Position numbers and translations under genes: made by a program
Notes under the pieces: model-generated
Database searches by the model: none
What the model saw: the letters and a program-made list of their open reading frames with translations, nothing else
Told to the model about the DNA's origin: nothing
Source: an uncultured Gammaproteobacteria bacterium
Lineage (GTDB): Bacteria; Pseudomonadota; Gammaproteobacteria; JAURND01
Direction of reading: 5' to 3'
DNA: 64,000 bases
Assembly (NCBI GenBank): GCA_963714975.1
Contig: CAVQQD010000002.1
Coordinates: forward strand, 768,001-832,000
In this document: piece after piece, positions 1-9,627 of the stretch
How the letters are laid out: every line of letters starts with the position of its first letter
Position numbering within the stretch: the stretch's first letter is position 1

Positions 1-315
1 TGGAACCGAAGCAGAAACTGCAGGTTGACTTGCTAGCCGCGGTGGCATACCCACTCCATATAAAAGCCACTCTAGCGAACAATTAAGGCCTTCTTGTTGC
101 AAGGCTACTAGAATGCGAACCGCTCCCTGCCGCGTTAAACCTCCTGATTTTGCTGATTCCCAGGATTGTACCGTGCTAGCACTAATCTGATATTTTCCTT
201 CCAGGGAATGCCGGGTTAAATCCAGAACCATTCTGGCCATTTTCAGGCGTTTGCCCCGAGCTTTAGGGCTAGATTGAGGATCAGAAATTTTAGGAGATTT
301 GAGAGTAAGTTCCAT
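1..315 (-). CDS. XRE-family helix-turn-helix regulator (runs off the window's left edge)
   Basis: Manual translation from ATG at 315: MELTLKSPK...RGKRLKMARMVLDLTRHSLEGKYQISASTVQSWESAKSGGLT...CSLEWLLYGVG. This is the HTH_XRE pattern, and the frame is open to base 1. Not in the ORF track. Confidence 0.7.
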   Translation of the reverse strand, partial: MELTLKSPKISDPQSSPKARGKRLKMARMVLDLTRHSLEGKYQISASTVQSWESAKSGGLTRQGAVRILVALQQEGLNCSLEWLLYGVGMPPRLASQPAVSASVP

Positions 316-469
316 AGATAAATCCTTTTCCGTTGCTGGTTCCTGGTAGGTGCTAATGTTAGCGTGTAACGACCAATTGTCAATCTTTACTTTGTTTTGT
401 CCCAGAAAACCCCATCCCACAAAAAACCATTGTCGGAGAAGGGATGTGCGGTTATTATTACCGTGGTAG

Positions 470-485
470 GTTGAACTAGATCTAA
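470..485 (+). promoter_or_regulatory. 16-bp motif GTTGAACTAGATCTAA upstream of orphan paralog 1
   Basis: An identical copy at 1305-1320 lies at a similar distance from the paralog 2 start. Confidence 0.45.
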
Positions 486-506
486 TTTAAAAAGGAGTGC
501 GAGCTT

Positions 507-1088
507 ATGGGTTCAAATTTCTTAGAAATGCCATCTTTGCCATCTTTGATCGAAGAATCAAAGAAGCAGGTGACATGGGCTGAGTTAGGGCCCCTGTTAA
601 ACACAAACACAAAGAAAGAGACAAAGAAGGAGAAAGCCCTGTTTGTGTTTTGTAACAAGTTATCATCTGCTCAGCTGCATGGTTGCCGCGAGTTGTTAGA
701 AGATAATCAAGCAGAAAAGGCTCAGTGGAAGCTTTTTTCCAAGGCAGTTGATTACAAAATTGCTCAATTAGAAAGTCCTGGGCCAGGATCCTGGGTTTTA
801 GGTGTGGGAGTTGCATCGATTGAATTGGCTGGCTATGTGTACGCTGTGTGCTGGGTTTCTGATAATGTTAGCACGGATACGGGTGGTGTGTTGCCGGCTT
901 TAATGGTTGGATTCATAGTTGCGCTGGCGATAGCACTTCTCTTGTCCGGGGGAATAGCAGAGTTGTCTTCGAGGATTGGAAATTCTCTTGATAAGGAACT
1001 GACTAGGGAATTGAGTGCGCTTAAAGAACTGCGCGAGGACATACAATCTGTCATGAAGCCTTCTTCTCCAGCAACCGCATTGGCCTAA
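507..1088 (+). CDS. Orphan two-TM plus coiled-coil protein, candidate effector (paralog of 1344-1904)
   Basis: SD AAGGAG; shares TWAEL.PLL and LS.AQL..CR.LL with the next ORF; hydrophobic hairpin followed by an acidic helical C-terminus. Confidence 0.7.
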   Translation: MGSNFLEMPSLPSLIEESKKQVTWAELGPLLNTNTKKETKKEKALFVFCNKLSSAQLHGCRELLEDNQAEKAQWKLFSKAVDYKIAQLESPGPGSWVLGVGVASIELAGYVYAVCWVSDNVSTDTGGVLPALMVGFIVALAIALLLSGGIAELSSRIGNSLDKELTRELSALKELREDIQSVMKPSSPATALA

Positions 1089-1129
1089 ATACAAGGCATA
1101 GAAATGGCACTTTCTTTGTGCGTAAAAAT

Positions 1130-1281
1130 CCTTCTCCCCTTGTGGGAGAAGGTGCCCGAAAGGGCGGATGAGGGGTAAACTTGAAATCAGCAAGGAGCAT
1201 TTTATTAGTTAAATGCTAACTGCTGCTTACCCCTCACCCGCGCGCCTTACGGCGCGGCGGCCTCTCCCACAAGGGGAGAGG
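1130..1281. repeat. Inverted pair of family-1 palindromic repeats (CCTTCTCCC-N4/5-GGGAGAAGG plus a second hairpin and GAGGGG)
   Basis: 1130-1175 forward copy; about 1230-1281 inverted variant. Confidence 0.85.
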
Positions 1282-1304
1282 CAAAATCGTGGTGAATAGT
1301 TACT

Positions 1305-1320
1305 GTTGAACTAGATCTAA
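1305..1320 (+). promoter_or_regulatory. 16-bp motif GTTGAACTAGATCTAA upstream of orphan paralog 2
   Basis: Identical to 470-485. Confidence 0.45.
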
Positions 1321-1343
1321 CTACTGAAGAGAGGTGCAAACTT

Positions 1344-1904
1344 ATGACTACAGTCCCTGTAGAAACGCCCCTAATTGGGAGGAAGAATCCGAAAGCATCG
1401 AGGGAGATAACATGGGCTGAACTTGAACCTCTATTAAAGGATGAAAATAGGCTTTTTACTTTTTATGGCCAGTTATCAGCTGCTCAGCTGCGCCAATGCC
1501 GCGATTTGTTAACAGCTGAGTCAGAACAAGAGACTCAGTGGCCTCTTTTATGCCAAGCAGTAAGCCGGAAAATCTTGCAATTAGAAAAGGTTTATTGGTC
1601 CCGAGGACTGATTCTAGGGGGGGGGCTTGGCGTAGCCGGAATGGTTGGCTACGCGCTTGGTATAATTTGGCTTTACGATAATGTTGGGGATCTTGCCGCG
1701 TTGCTGTCTGTGATTCCTGGAATCGTGTTTGCATTCTTGATCACAGCCTGCTTAGTGCTAGGATCAGTACGGTTGTTTTCGAGTATCGGAGATAATTTTG
1801 ATCAAGAACTGGCTGATCTTAAGAATCTCCGTGATGAGATAGTGCAAGAACTGACTGATCTAGTGCAGGAAAATAATCTGCCAGGGACGCTCAAATCGAA
1901 TTGA
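1344..1904 (+). CDS. Orphan two-TM plus coiled-coil protein, candidate effector (paralog of 507-1088)
   Basis: SD GAGG; motifs shared with 507-1088; two hydrophobic segments. Confidence 0.7.
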   Translation: MTTVPVETPLIGRKNPKASREITWAELEPLLKDENRLFTFYGQLSAAQLRQCRDLLTAESEQETQWPLLCQAVSRKILQLEKVYWSRGLILGGGLGVAGMVGYALGIIWLYDNVGDLAALLSVIPGIVFAFLITACLVLGSVRLFSSIGDNFDQELADLKNLRDEIVQELTDLVQENNLPGTLKSN

Positions 1905-1927
1905 GGATAAATACACAAGGCACAGGT

Positions 1928-2551
1928 ATGGCACTTTCACACAGTGAAGATGAACAATGGCAGGCAATTAAAACTTGGTGGAAGGCCAATGGTAAATGGA
2001 CCGTGGCGATTATCCTATCGGCCATCCTTGTGGGTTTTGCGATCCAATATTGGCAAAAAGCTAAAGTAGCCAATGCCAATACGGCTTCTGCCTTGTATGA
2101 TGTATTATTAAATAATTTTCAAGCGAATAAATTACCGCTATTTGAGCAGGCAGCACAGCAGTTGCAAAAGGATTACTCACATACCCCGTATGCGACCATT
2201 GCGGCGCTGTTTCAGGCAGAACAGGCAATTAAGCAAGCTAATTTGGCGCTAGCGTTGCAAAAGCTGCAATGGGCTATGACCCAAGCTCCAGGCTCTGATT
2301 TAAGGCAAATTGCGAGAATTCGTGCGGCGCGGATTTTAGTGGCGCAACAGCAAGGGGATGCCGCGCTTAATTTATTAGCAAAAGTAGAAAATACGGCATT
2401 TTTACCGGGTATTAATCAGGTCAAGGGCGATATTTATTTGATGCAAGGACGAAAAGCAGAAGCACGCGTTGCCTACCAAGCGGCTTTAAAAGAATTGCCA
2501 GCTGGGGGCGTGTCGTATTTTTATTTGAAAATGCAAGTGGATCAACTGTAG
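1928..2551 (+). CDS. yfgM: YfgM-family TPR ancillary SecYEG subunit
   Basis: SEDEQWQAIKTWWKANGK, TM helix, YSHTPYA, IARIRAARIL; directly upstream of bamB-der. ATG 1928 preferred over TTG 1901. Confidence 0.92.
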   Translation: MALSHSEDEQWQAIKTWWKANGKWTVAIILSAILVGFAIQYWQKAKVANANTASALYDVLLNNFQANKLPLFEQAAQQLQKDYSHTPYATIAALFQAEQAIKQANLALALQKLQWAMTQAPGSDLRQIARIRAARILVAQQQGDAALNLLAKVENTAFLPGINQVKGDIYLMQGRKAEARVAYQAALKELPAGGVSYFYLKMQVDQL

Positions 2552-2567
2552 CGTCAAGGAAAATAAC

Positions 2568-3704
2568 ATGTACCAATTTTTTAGAATAACTACTTACATC
2601 GCGATTATTTGTTTCTTAGCAGCTTGTCATCGCAACCCAGAAAATATCGCCTCGTTAGAACCATTAAAACCAGAATTAGCTGTCCATCACGTGTGGTCTA
2701 CCTCGGTGGGTAATGGGGTTCATAAAGAATATTTCAAATTGAATCCGGTTTTGGTAGGCGAGCATATTTATACTTCGAGCTACAATGGTCGGGTTACCGC
2801 AGTGAATGCCAATTCCGGTAAACCGGTTTGGACGACGAGAACCAAGCAGCACATTACTTCGGGGGTGGGTGCCGATGCCAACGCGGTCTATGTGGGTACT
2901 AAAAATGCGCAAGTAGTGGCGCTAAATCGTCTGGATGGACGGGTTCTTTGGCATACGCCAGTGGCCAATGAAGTGTTAGGGACGCCCAATGCGCAAGCTG
3001 CAGAGTTAGTGGTCAAAAGTATTGATGATCATCTCTATGCGCTCAATAAACAAGGGGGTCAATCGCTCTGGACTTATCATGAACCAGCGCCCGGTTTAAT
3101 TTTTCGGGGCAGTAGCTCACCACAAGTGGTAGGCTCCTGGGTGGTAACAGGGTTTGCAGATGGGCAGATTGGTTTATTTAATGTGCGTAATGGACAACTA
3201 TTGTGGAAACAGACCATTGCTCAACCACAGGGCTTATCTCTGGTCGAACAAATGGTTGATATTGGTGATTCGCTGGTGATTGCTGATGGAGTGATTTATG
3301 CTGCTTCTTACCAAGGGGTGGTCTCAGCTCTGCAATTAAGATCTGGGCAGCCTTTATGGGAACAAAAAGTTGCTTCTTATGCTGGGTTGACGGTGGATTC
3401 TCAATATGTTTACGTTACCGATGCCGATAGTCATATCTGGGCCTTTAATCGGCGCACAGGTGCATTAGCTTGGAAGCAAGATAAATTGCATGGTCGTGGA
3501 TTAACTTCTCCGGCGGTATTACCTAATGCTATTGTGGTCGGGGATAGCAAGGGCTATGTGCATTGGTTAGCCAAAGCAGATGGACATTTACTTGCCCGCC
3601 AACGCGCGGATAAAACGGGTATTTTAGCGACGCCTGTAGTGAATGGTCAGGATGTTTATATTTATACGAATTCTGGTGCTTTAGTTAAATACCGAGCAGC
3701 TTAA
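2568..3704 (+). CDS. bamB: Outer membrane assembly lipoprotein BamB
   Basis: Lipobox LAAC, PQQ-like beta-propeller repeats, synteny. Confidence 0.93.
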   Translation: MYQFFRITTYIAIICFLAACHRNPENIASLEPLKPELAVHHVWSTSVGNGVHKEYFKLNPVLVGEHIYTSSYNGRVTAVNANSGKPVWTTRTKQHITSGVGADANAVYVGTKNAQVVALNRLDGRVLWHTPVANEVLGTPNAQAAELVVKSIDDHLYALNKQGGQSLWTYHEPAPGLIFRGSSSPQVVGSWVVTGFADGQIGLFNVRNGQLLWKQTIAQPQGLSLVEQMVDIGDSLVIADGVIYAASYQGVVSALQLRSGQPLWEQKVASYAGLTVDSQYVYVTDADSHIWAFNRRTGALAWKQDKLHGRGLTSPAVLPNAIVVGDSKGYVHWLAKADGHLLARQRADKTGILATPVVNGQDVYIYTNSGALVKYRAA

Positions 3705-5042
3705 ATGATACCTGTAATTGCCATCATTGGTCGCGCTAATGTCGGGAAGTCGACGTTATTTAATTACTTAACCCGCTCACGAAAAGCTTTAGTGGCTGAT
3801 GAACCGGGGGTGACCCGTGATCGCCAATATGGTGAGGGGGAATATGAGAGTCGGCCCTTTATTGTGATTGATACGGCTGGTATCCACCCATCTTCTAAAG
3901 ATACCCAAAGTGAATTGCAAAAATTAATGACTGAGCAGTCTTGGGCTGCCGTGGCTGAAGCGGATTTAATTTTTTGGCTCGTCGATGCTCGTGAAGGCTT
4001 GGTTCTATTGGACTATAGCATTGCGGAATCACTGCGCGTGCAAACTAAGCCAGTGGTTATTTTGGTGAACAAAACCGATGGCCTTGCCCCTGATACCGCT
4101 TGTGCGGATTTTTTTTCGTTTGGAATGCCTCAGGTATTCGCCATTGCTGCCGCGCAGGGCAGGGGGGTGCGCGCAGTTTTGGATCAAGCATTAGCCTTGT
4201 TACCGCCTTCCAGTGAAGAGTTGTCGCCTTCTTCGGGAATCAAAGTTGCCATCGTGGGTCGACCGAATGTGGGTAAATCGACTTTGGTCAATCGGTTGTT
4301 GGGGGAGGAACGGGTGATTGTCTTTGATGCGCCAGGCACGACGCGTGAAAGCATTTTTATTCCTTTTCAGCGCCGAGAACAAAATTATATTCTGATCGAT
4401 ACCGCTGGGGTGCGAAGGCGACGCAGTATTGATAATGCCTTGGAAAAATTTTCAGTCGTGAAGACTTTACAAGCTGTCACCGAGGCCAATGTGGTTATTT
4501 TTGTTCTCGACGCCAGGCAGGGCATCACCGAACAAGATTTGCACTTACTGGGCTTTATTATTGAAGCAGGCAAGGCCTTAGTGATTGCCGTCAATAAATG
4601 GGACGATTTACAGCCGTCGGCTAAGGAAACGGTGTTTCGGCAAATTGATCGACGACTACAATTTGTGCGTTATGCACGGATCCAAACTATCTCCGCTTTG
4701 CATGGTTCGGGAGTAGGGGAGCTGTTCCCTAGGTTGGAAGAGGCCTATAGTTCGGCTACTCAGCCATTAACTACCCACCAGCTCACGGAAATTTTGCAAC
4801 AAGCCATCGAATCCCATCAACCTCCGGCGGTAGTGGGTCGACGTATTAAGTTACGTTATGCCCATATTGGAGGGTATAATCCTCCCGTAATCGTGATTCA
4901 TGGTAACCAAACCGAGGCCTTGCCATTATCCTATAAACGTTATTTAGCTAATTTTTTTCGCCAATCGTTAAATTTAGTGGGCACGCCCTTGCGCATTGAA
5001 TTAAAAAGCGGAAAAAATCCTTATCAGAGGAGCAAAAAATGA
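3705..5042 (+). CDS. der: Ribosome biogenesis GTPase Der (EngA)
   Basis: Two G domains ([16 protein letters not shown]; DTAG; NKTD/NKWD) and a KH-like C-terminus. Confidence 0.97.
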   Translation: MIPVIAIIGRANVGKSTLFNYLTRSRKALVADEPGVTRDRQYGEGEYESRPFIVIDTAGIHPSSKDTQSELQKLMTEQSWAAVAEADLIFWLVDAREGLVLLDYSIAESLRVQTKPVVILVNKTDGLAPDTACADFFSFGMPQVFAIAAAQGRGVRAVLDQALALLPPSSEELSPSSGIKVAIVGRPNVGKSTLVNRLLGEERVIVFDAPGTTRESIFIPFQRREQNYILIDTAGVRRRRSIDNALEKFSVVKTLQAVTEANVVIFVLDARQGITEQDLHLLGFIIEAGKALVIAVNKWDDLQPSAKETVFRQIDRRLQFVRYARIQTISALHGSGVGELFPRLEEAYSSATQPLTTHQLTEILQQAIESHQPPAVVGRRIKLRYAHIGGYNPPVIVIHGNQTEALPLSYKRYLANFFRQSLNLVGTPLRIELKSGKNPYQRSKK

Positions 5043-5518
5043 CCCAAAGAATTCCTATGACAGTAGAAGGCGCCAAACTGTTACAAGCTGAATTAGAACG
5101 CTTAGAACAAGTCGAACGTCGCCGGATCATCACCGCGATTGCTGAAGCTCGGGCGCATGGCGATTTAAAAGAAAATGCTGAATACCATGCCGCCAAAGAA
5201 GAACAGTCGCATATTGAAGGTCGCATTCATGACATTAAGAGCAAACTGGCTCATGCGCATATCATTGATGTGAGTAAAATGAAGAATGAAGGTGCGGTTG
5301 TGTTTGGATGCACGGTCGAATTATTTAATTTGGGCACGGAAGAGGAGCAAACTTATAAAATTGTTGGTGAAGATGAGGCCAATATTAAAGAAAAGAAAAT
5401 CTCAATTAATTCCCCGATTGCCCGCGCCTTAATTGGTAAACGCCTAGGAGACGAAGTCGAAGTCCAAACCCCAGCGGGCGCGACTTCTTTTGAGATTTCT
5501 GGGGTGGAGTATCGTTAG
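5039..5518 (+). CDS. greA: Transcription elongation factor GreA
   Basis: [20 protein letters not shown]; [13 protein letters not shown]. Confidence 0.97.
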   Translation: MTQRIPMTVEGAKLLQAELERLEQVERRRIITAIAEARAHGDLKENAEYHAAKEEQSHIEGRIHDIKSKLAHAHIIDVSKMKNEGAVVFGCTVELFNLGTEEEQTYKIVGEDEANIKEKKISINSPIARALIGKRLGDEVEVQTPAGATSFEISGVEYR

Positions 5519-5526
5519 GCATTGTT

Positions 5527-5629
5527 CCTTCTCCCCTTGTGGGAGAAGGTGGCCGAAGGCCGGATGAGGAGTGAGCCAAATTCCCTTCTCCCCTTGTGGG
5601 AGAAGGTGCCCGTTAGGGCGGATGAGGGG
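5527..5629 (+). repeat. Two tandem family-1 repeats
   Basis: CCTTCTCCCCTTGTGGGAGAAGGTG...GGATGAGG at 5527-5569 and 5584-5629. Confidence 0.9.
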
Positions 5630-5673
5630 TGTAAGCATCGGTTTGGTAAATGCCTATGCCATGAGTGTGGCTT

Positions 5674-6141
5674 TTAAATTTGAAACCCATCGGCTTCCGA
5701 AAGCTGCGAGAGTGCTCGCCCCTTCTTCTCGTAGTCACTAATCTGATCTTGTGAAATCCCTTGGTCTTTGAGTTTGTTATTGCGCCATTTCAATAGCGCC
5801 CAAGCACCAACAGCTAATAGCAAACCAAACCCAAAAACAGCCCCTTGCGCTGTAAGAAAATTTTGTATGTTACACCTTATATCAGAAGTAATCGGAAAGT
5901 CATTACTATTTAATCCATGATTAGCCGCGTAGAGGCCACCGTAAAAAAGAGAGAATCCGCCAACCAAAATGCTCAGAAATCCGGCACATGTCAGTGCTAC
6001 ACACCCTACATTGCACTTATCAATAAAATCCATTTGTGGTTGAGTGAGGTCAGGCTGCGGAGGATTTGCTTGCTGATTTGACCCCGGACTTCCTAATTGC
6101 TCTGCAATCTCTGTAATTTGTTGAAATGGTTGCTCACTCAT
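5674..6141 (-). CDS. Orphan two-TM protein (paralog of 6764-7168)
   Basis: SD AGGAG; shares LTQPQ..FID.CN, GLNS, CN..N.L and GFGLLL.V.AWA with 6764-7168. Confidence 0.7.
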   Translation of the reverse strand: MSEQPFQQITEIAEQLGSPGSNQQANPPQPDLTQPQMDFIDKCNVGCVALTCAGFLSILVGGFSLFYGGLYAANHGLNSNDFPITSDIRCNIQNFLTAQGAVFGFGLLLAVGAWALLKWRNNKLKDQGISQDQISDYEKKGRALSQLSEADGFQI

Positions 6142-6202
6142 ATAATCACTCCTCTTGCTAGATTTTTTGACAGATATTTAACTGCAGACTAACATAGCTC
6201 CC

Positions 6203-6628
6203 ATGCTCAACAATCCTGCCCCAACTTACGTTCAACCTATCCGCTTTGCTAAACAAGCGGCCAGATTAAAAACCCACTTGAATTTGGCTGTTTTCCCGCG
6301 TCTGCAAGAAATGCTATATGAAAAACAAGGAGAAGTCACTGTAGATTTACACTTCGGCCAAGATCAGGATCAACATTATTATATTCGTGGTGAATTAACC
6401 ACCACCTTCCACCTGCAGTGCCAACGTTGTATGCAGCCCATGGATTATCAATTACGAGCAGAAGTGTATTTGAGTCCTCTATTCAACGATGCCGAAAGTA
6501 AAACTCTGCCAGAGCAATATGAACCCTTGTTGCTGCAAGAGGATAAAATAGCCCTCGTTGATCTGGTTGAAGAGGAGCTATTGCTTAATTTGCCTTTAGT
6601 GCCAAAGCACGAGGAAGGGGAGTGCTAG
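6203..6628 (+). CDS. yceD: YceD/DUF177 23S rRNA accumulation protein
   Basis: LQCQRCMQP and LVEEELLLNLPLVPKH; lies upstream of rpmF. Confidence 0.88.
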   Translation: MLNNPAPTYVQPIRFAKQAARLKTHLNLAVFPRLQEMLYEKQGEVTVDLHFGQDQDQHYYIRGELTTTFHLQCQRCMQPMDYQLRAEVYLSPLFNDAESKTLPEQYEPLLLQEDKIALVDLVEEELLLNLPLVPKHEEGEC

Positions 6629-6644
6629 GAGGAGGCTCCTTAAA

Positions 6645-6685
6645 TCCCCTCTCCCCCCAACAAAAACAGTTGGGGGGAGAGGGGA
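6645..6685. repeat. Family-1-related hairpin between convergent genes (possible terminator)
   Basis: TCCCCTCTCCCCCCAAC-N7-GTTGGGGGGAGAGGGGA. Confidence 0.75.
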
Positions 6686-6763
6686 CTGAACGAAGTGTGC
6701 ATACCTTAGGGATTTGATGAAGGCTGCATCAGGATTGCAGAGAACTTGCTACAGTGCGGTCAC

Positions 6764-7168
6764 CTAAGCGCTTCGCGGATTTTCTCCTCTGGTTATATAA
6801 TTATGGATCGCAATTTCTGAAACCCCTTCCTGGCCTAGTTTATAATTACGGTAGCGCCGTACTGCCCAAGCGGCAACTAATAGCAACAAACCAAACCCCA
6901 CAACACCTCCCATGCCTATAAGAAGATTTTTTGTGTTACAGCTGGCGGTATCACTCCACGGCATTTCACTGTTTAATCCATTCTCAGCTGCGTACGTGCC
7001 TGCAAAGGAAAGTCCAAATCCGCCAAATAAAAAGCACGCAAATACGCCGGTTGCCAGTGCTTGAGCATTGGCATTACACTCGTCAATAAAATTCTTTTGG
7101 GGTTGTGTGAGAGGAGGGTGATTACCTGTGCCACCCAATAGTGGTCGTTCTTGTGAGTCATTGCCCAT
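6764..7168 (-). CDS. Orphan two-TM protein (paralog of 5674-6141)
   Basis: SD AGGAG; motifs shared with 5674-6141. Confidence 0.7.
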   Translation of the reverse strand: MGNDSQERPLLGGTGNHPPLTQPQKNFIDECNANAQALATGVFACFLFGGFGLSFAGTYAAENGLNSEMPWSDTASCNTKNLLIGMGGVVGFGLLLLVAAWAVRRYRNYKLGQEGVSEIAIHNYITRGENPRSA

Positions 7169-7373
7169 ATAATTTACTCCTACTCCTCTTAAAGTGAATA
7201 GTGATTATTAGTAGCTACCCTCCTTGTCATCCCGTTCCCACGACTTGCTTGCTTGGGCAGTCCAGTGCTATATAACGTGTGATTATAGAAAATTTTTAGC
7301 TGAGGCTAAGATATAGTGTTGATGGAAATAGTTCTGACGAGAGCCTGAGCGAATCTCAATCAAGGGGTGAATT

Positions 7374-8024
7374 TTAGTTATTCCATTTGTGATTGCCATA
7401 GTTTGCTGTAGGATCAAAGTAACCATCATCATCATTTTTGTGGATTATTATCCGCGCTAGATTGGTTGCTCGCGCGCTCCGTGTGGGCTTACCCTGAGTA
7501 CCATCCCCCTTGGTAAGGGGAATGGGGATGGGTGTCGTCGAATGCTCAGAATTGTTCGTATTAGAATCCCAAAACGATAACCAACCTTTTTTAATGCTAT
7601 CTCGCTTGCAAAAGGCTAAAAATAGGACGATTGCCAAGAGGCAGACCTCGAATGTTAGCCTGCTAAAATTTGGAATACTTTCGTGAAAAGGGTTAAGAAA
7701 AAAATCTTTGGGGTTGGTCAGGAACTCCTTTCCCTGTTCTGCCCCTCCTTTTATGCTTAAGGCCGCGGCATGTGCTAAGTAATCTACGGACAATAACCCG
7801 ACTACAAATTTAAAAGCATCGCTGGCAGTGACTGAATTAGGATCGGGATTTAGGATAGAAGTGGAGGTAGTAATTGTTGCTTGAGTAGAAGCTTGTGAAT
7901 GTAAAATATCTCGTTTGTTTGTCGTGCTTGTATTATTAGCGGCCGTTTTTGTTGGGGCGATGTAGTCGTCCCCGTTAGGATTTTGCTTCAGTGGGTGGTC
8001 AATTTGTTGGGTAGCCATAATCAC
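7374..8024 (-). CDS. Orphan membrane protein with T/S/N-rich regions
   Basis: 216-aa ORF, SD-like GAGG upstream, one or two hydrophobic segments; no family recognised. Confidence 0.6.
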   Translation of the reverse strand: MIMATQQIDHPLKQNPNGDDYIAPTKTAANNTSTTNKRDILHSQASTQATITTSTSILNPDPNSVTASDAFKFVVGLLSVDYLAHAAALSIKGGAEQGKEFLTNPKDFFLNPFHESIPNFSRLTFEVCLLAIVLFLAFCKRDSIKKGWLSFWDSNTNNSEHSTTPIPIPLTKGDGTQGKPTRSARATNLARIIIHKNDDDGYFDPTANYGNHKWNN

Positions 8025-8166
8025 TTCCTCATAAGTCAGCTTATAAATGGAAAAGACATTTTCCCTTGTTAAATTTTAGGTATTAAATCTTATTTTTGCA
8101 TAAAAAACAAGATTTAATTTAATCCAGGCTGAGCTAACCGTACTATATTAAAAGCCAACTGATGCA

Positions 8167-8309
8167 CCCTCATCTGGCCTTCGGCCACCTTCTCCCGCAA
8201 GCGGGAGAAGGGAAAATCCGTGGCCTGTGGCTATTTTCTCCCACAGAAAGCCCCCTCTCCCTAACCCTCCCCCACCTTCCCTCGCTGCGCTCGGGTGGGG
8301 GAGAGGGGA
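8167..8309. repeat. Family-1 repeats (inverted copy 8167-8212; variant 8251-8309)
   Basis: CCCTCATCTGGCCTTCGGCCACCTTCTCCCGCAAGCGGGAGAAGGG is the reverse form of the 5527 unit. Confidence 0.8.
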
Positions 8310-8385
8310 TTTGAGCAAAAAAGAGTATGGAAAAATCATGCAAAACCAGGGATAATAATCGCCTTTATTAAAACTGGAGAAGATA

Positions 8386-8583
8386 ATGGCTGTACAAAAA
8401 GATAAAGTGACTCGTTCGCGGCGCGGTATGCGGCGTGCGCATGATGCCTTAACTGGCCCTACTTTAGCAATTAATGGTACTACTGGTGAAACTCATCTGC
8501 GTCATCATGTGACTCCGAAGGGCTATTTTAAAGACCGTAAAGTGGTGATTAAACAGCAAACTGCGACTGAAGAAGAAGGCTAA
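8386..8583 (+). CDS. rpmF: 50S ribosomal protein L32
   Basis: [20 protein letters not shown]...HLRHHV. Confidence 0.97.
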   Translation: MAVQKDKVTRSRRGMRRAHDALTGPTLAINGTTGETHLRHHVTPKGYFKDRKVVIKQQTATEEEG

Positions 8584-8588
8584 AACCC

Positions 8589-9623
8589 TTGAAAGACTAT
8601 GTGATTGCGCTGGATGCGATGGGTGGAGATTATGGTCCTGAGGTGACGGTTCCTGCGGCATTACAGGCACTAGCCGCTCATCCTCACCTGAGCCTTATTT
8701 TAGTCGGGAATGCTGAGTTATTGGATAAGGTGCTAGCACTGCACAGTAACGATCAACCTTTAGATCGCATTAAAATTCGCAACACCACCCAAGAAGTGGC
8801 GATGGATGAATCTCCGGCGCAAGCCCTGCGCTTTAAAAAAGATTCTTCCATGCGGGTGGCGATTAATTTAGTCAAAGAAGGCGCCGCCCAAGCCTGTGTC
8901 AGTGCCGGCAATACCGGAGCGTTAATGGCCACTGCCCGCTTTGTATTGAAGACCCTGCCATGCATAGATCGTCCGGCGATTATTACGGCTTTTCCTACCC
9001 CGGATGAAAATAAAGTAGTACGCATGTTGGATTTAGGGGCCAACGTCGATTGCGATCCCCAGCATCTCTACCAGTTTGCCGTGATGGCTTCGGTATTGGT
9101 GGCAGTCCTTGACCAAGTTCAGCAGCCGCGGATTGGGCTATTAAATATTGGGCAAGAAGATATTAAAGGCAATGAACTAGTCAGGCGCACCGCGCGATTA
9201 TTGGCGGAAAGTAAGGTGCTCAATTACTATGGCTATGTCGAAGGTGATGAAATTTTCGCCGGCAAGGTAGATGTCGTCGTTTGCGATGGCTTTGTTGGCA
9301 ATGTGACTTTGAAAACGATTGAAGGGCTGGCTAAGTTTATTAGCCGTTTTACCAAGGAAGAGTTTTATCATGATGTCTATTCACGCTTTGCTGGATTGAT
9401 TGCCACACCAGTGTTAAAGCGGTTGAAGGAACGTATGGATACTGGGCGACGCAATGGGGCAAGTTTTCTAGGTTTGCAAGGTATTGTGATTAAAAGCCAT
9501 GGGGGTGCGAACATCAATGCTTTTGCGCAGGCGATTCGTCAAGCCGTCATTGAAGTTGAAAACAATATCCCAGAGAAAATTGCTCAACTGGTCAGTCAGT
9601 CGTTACAGAAAAATGGTGAATGA
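8589..9623 (+). CDS. plsX: Phosphate acyltransferase PlsX
   Basis: IALDAMGGD, SAGNTGA, DGFVGN, KSHG. Confidence 0.97.
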   Translation: MKDYVIALDAMGGDYGPEVTVPAALQALAAHPHLSLILVGNAELLDKVLALHSNDQPLDRIKIRNTTQEVAMDESPAQALRFKKDSSMRVAINLVKEGAAQACVSAGNTGALMATARFVLKTLPCIDRPAIITAFPTPDENKVVRMLDLGANVDCDPQHLYQFAVMASVLVAVLDQVQQPRIGLLNIGQEDIKGNELVRRTARLLAESKVLNYYGYVEGDEIFAGKVDVVVCDGFVGNVTLKTIEGLAKFISRFTKEEFYHDVYSRFAGLIATPVLKRLKERMDTGRRNGASFLGLQGIVIKSHGGANINAFAQAIRQAVIEVENNIPEKIAQLVSQSLQKNGE

Positions 9624-9627
9624 TACG

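Noticed and set aside
900-1193. Short ORFs translating repeats (also 5444-5638, 8148-8339, 33379-33606)
   Set aside because: Peptides such as GHLLPQGEK are translations of palindromic repeats, with no evidence of being genes.
5527-5629. CRISPR array
   Set aside because: Only two units, the same sequence is dispersed across the window, there are no unique spacers and no cas genes.
9499-9627. N-terminal extension of FabH (likewise the long starts given for tmk, rluB, acpP and the fadL-like gene)
   Set aside because: The extensions overlap upstream genes or lack homology; downstream ATGs match the family starts.
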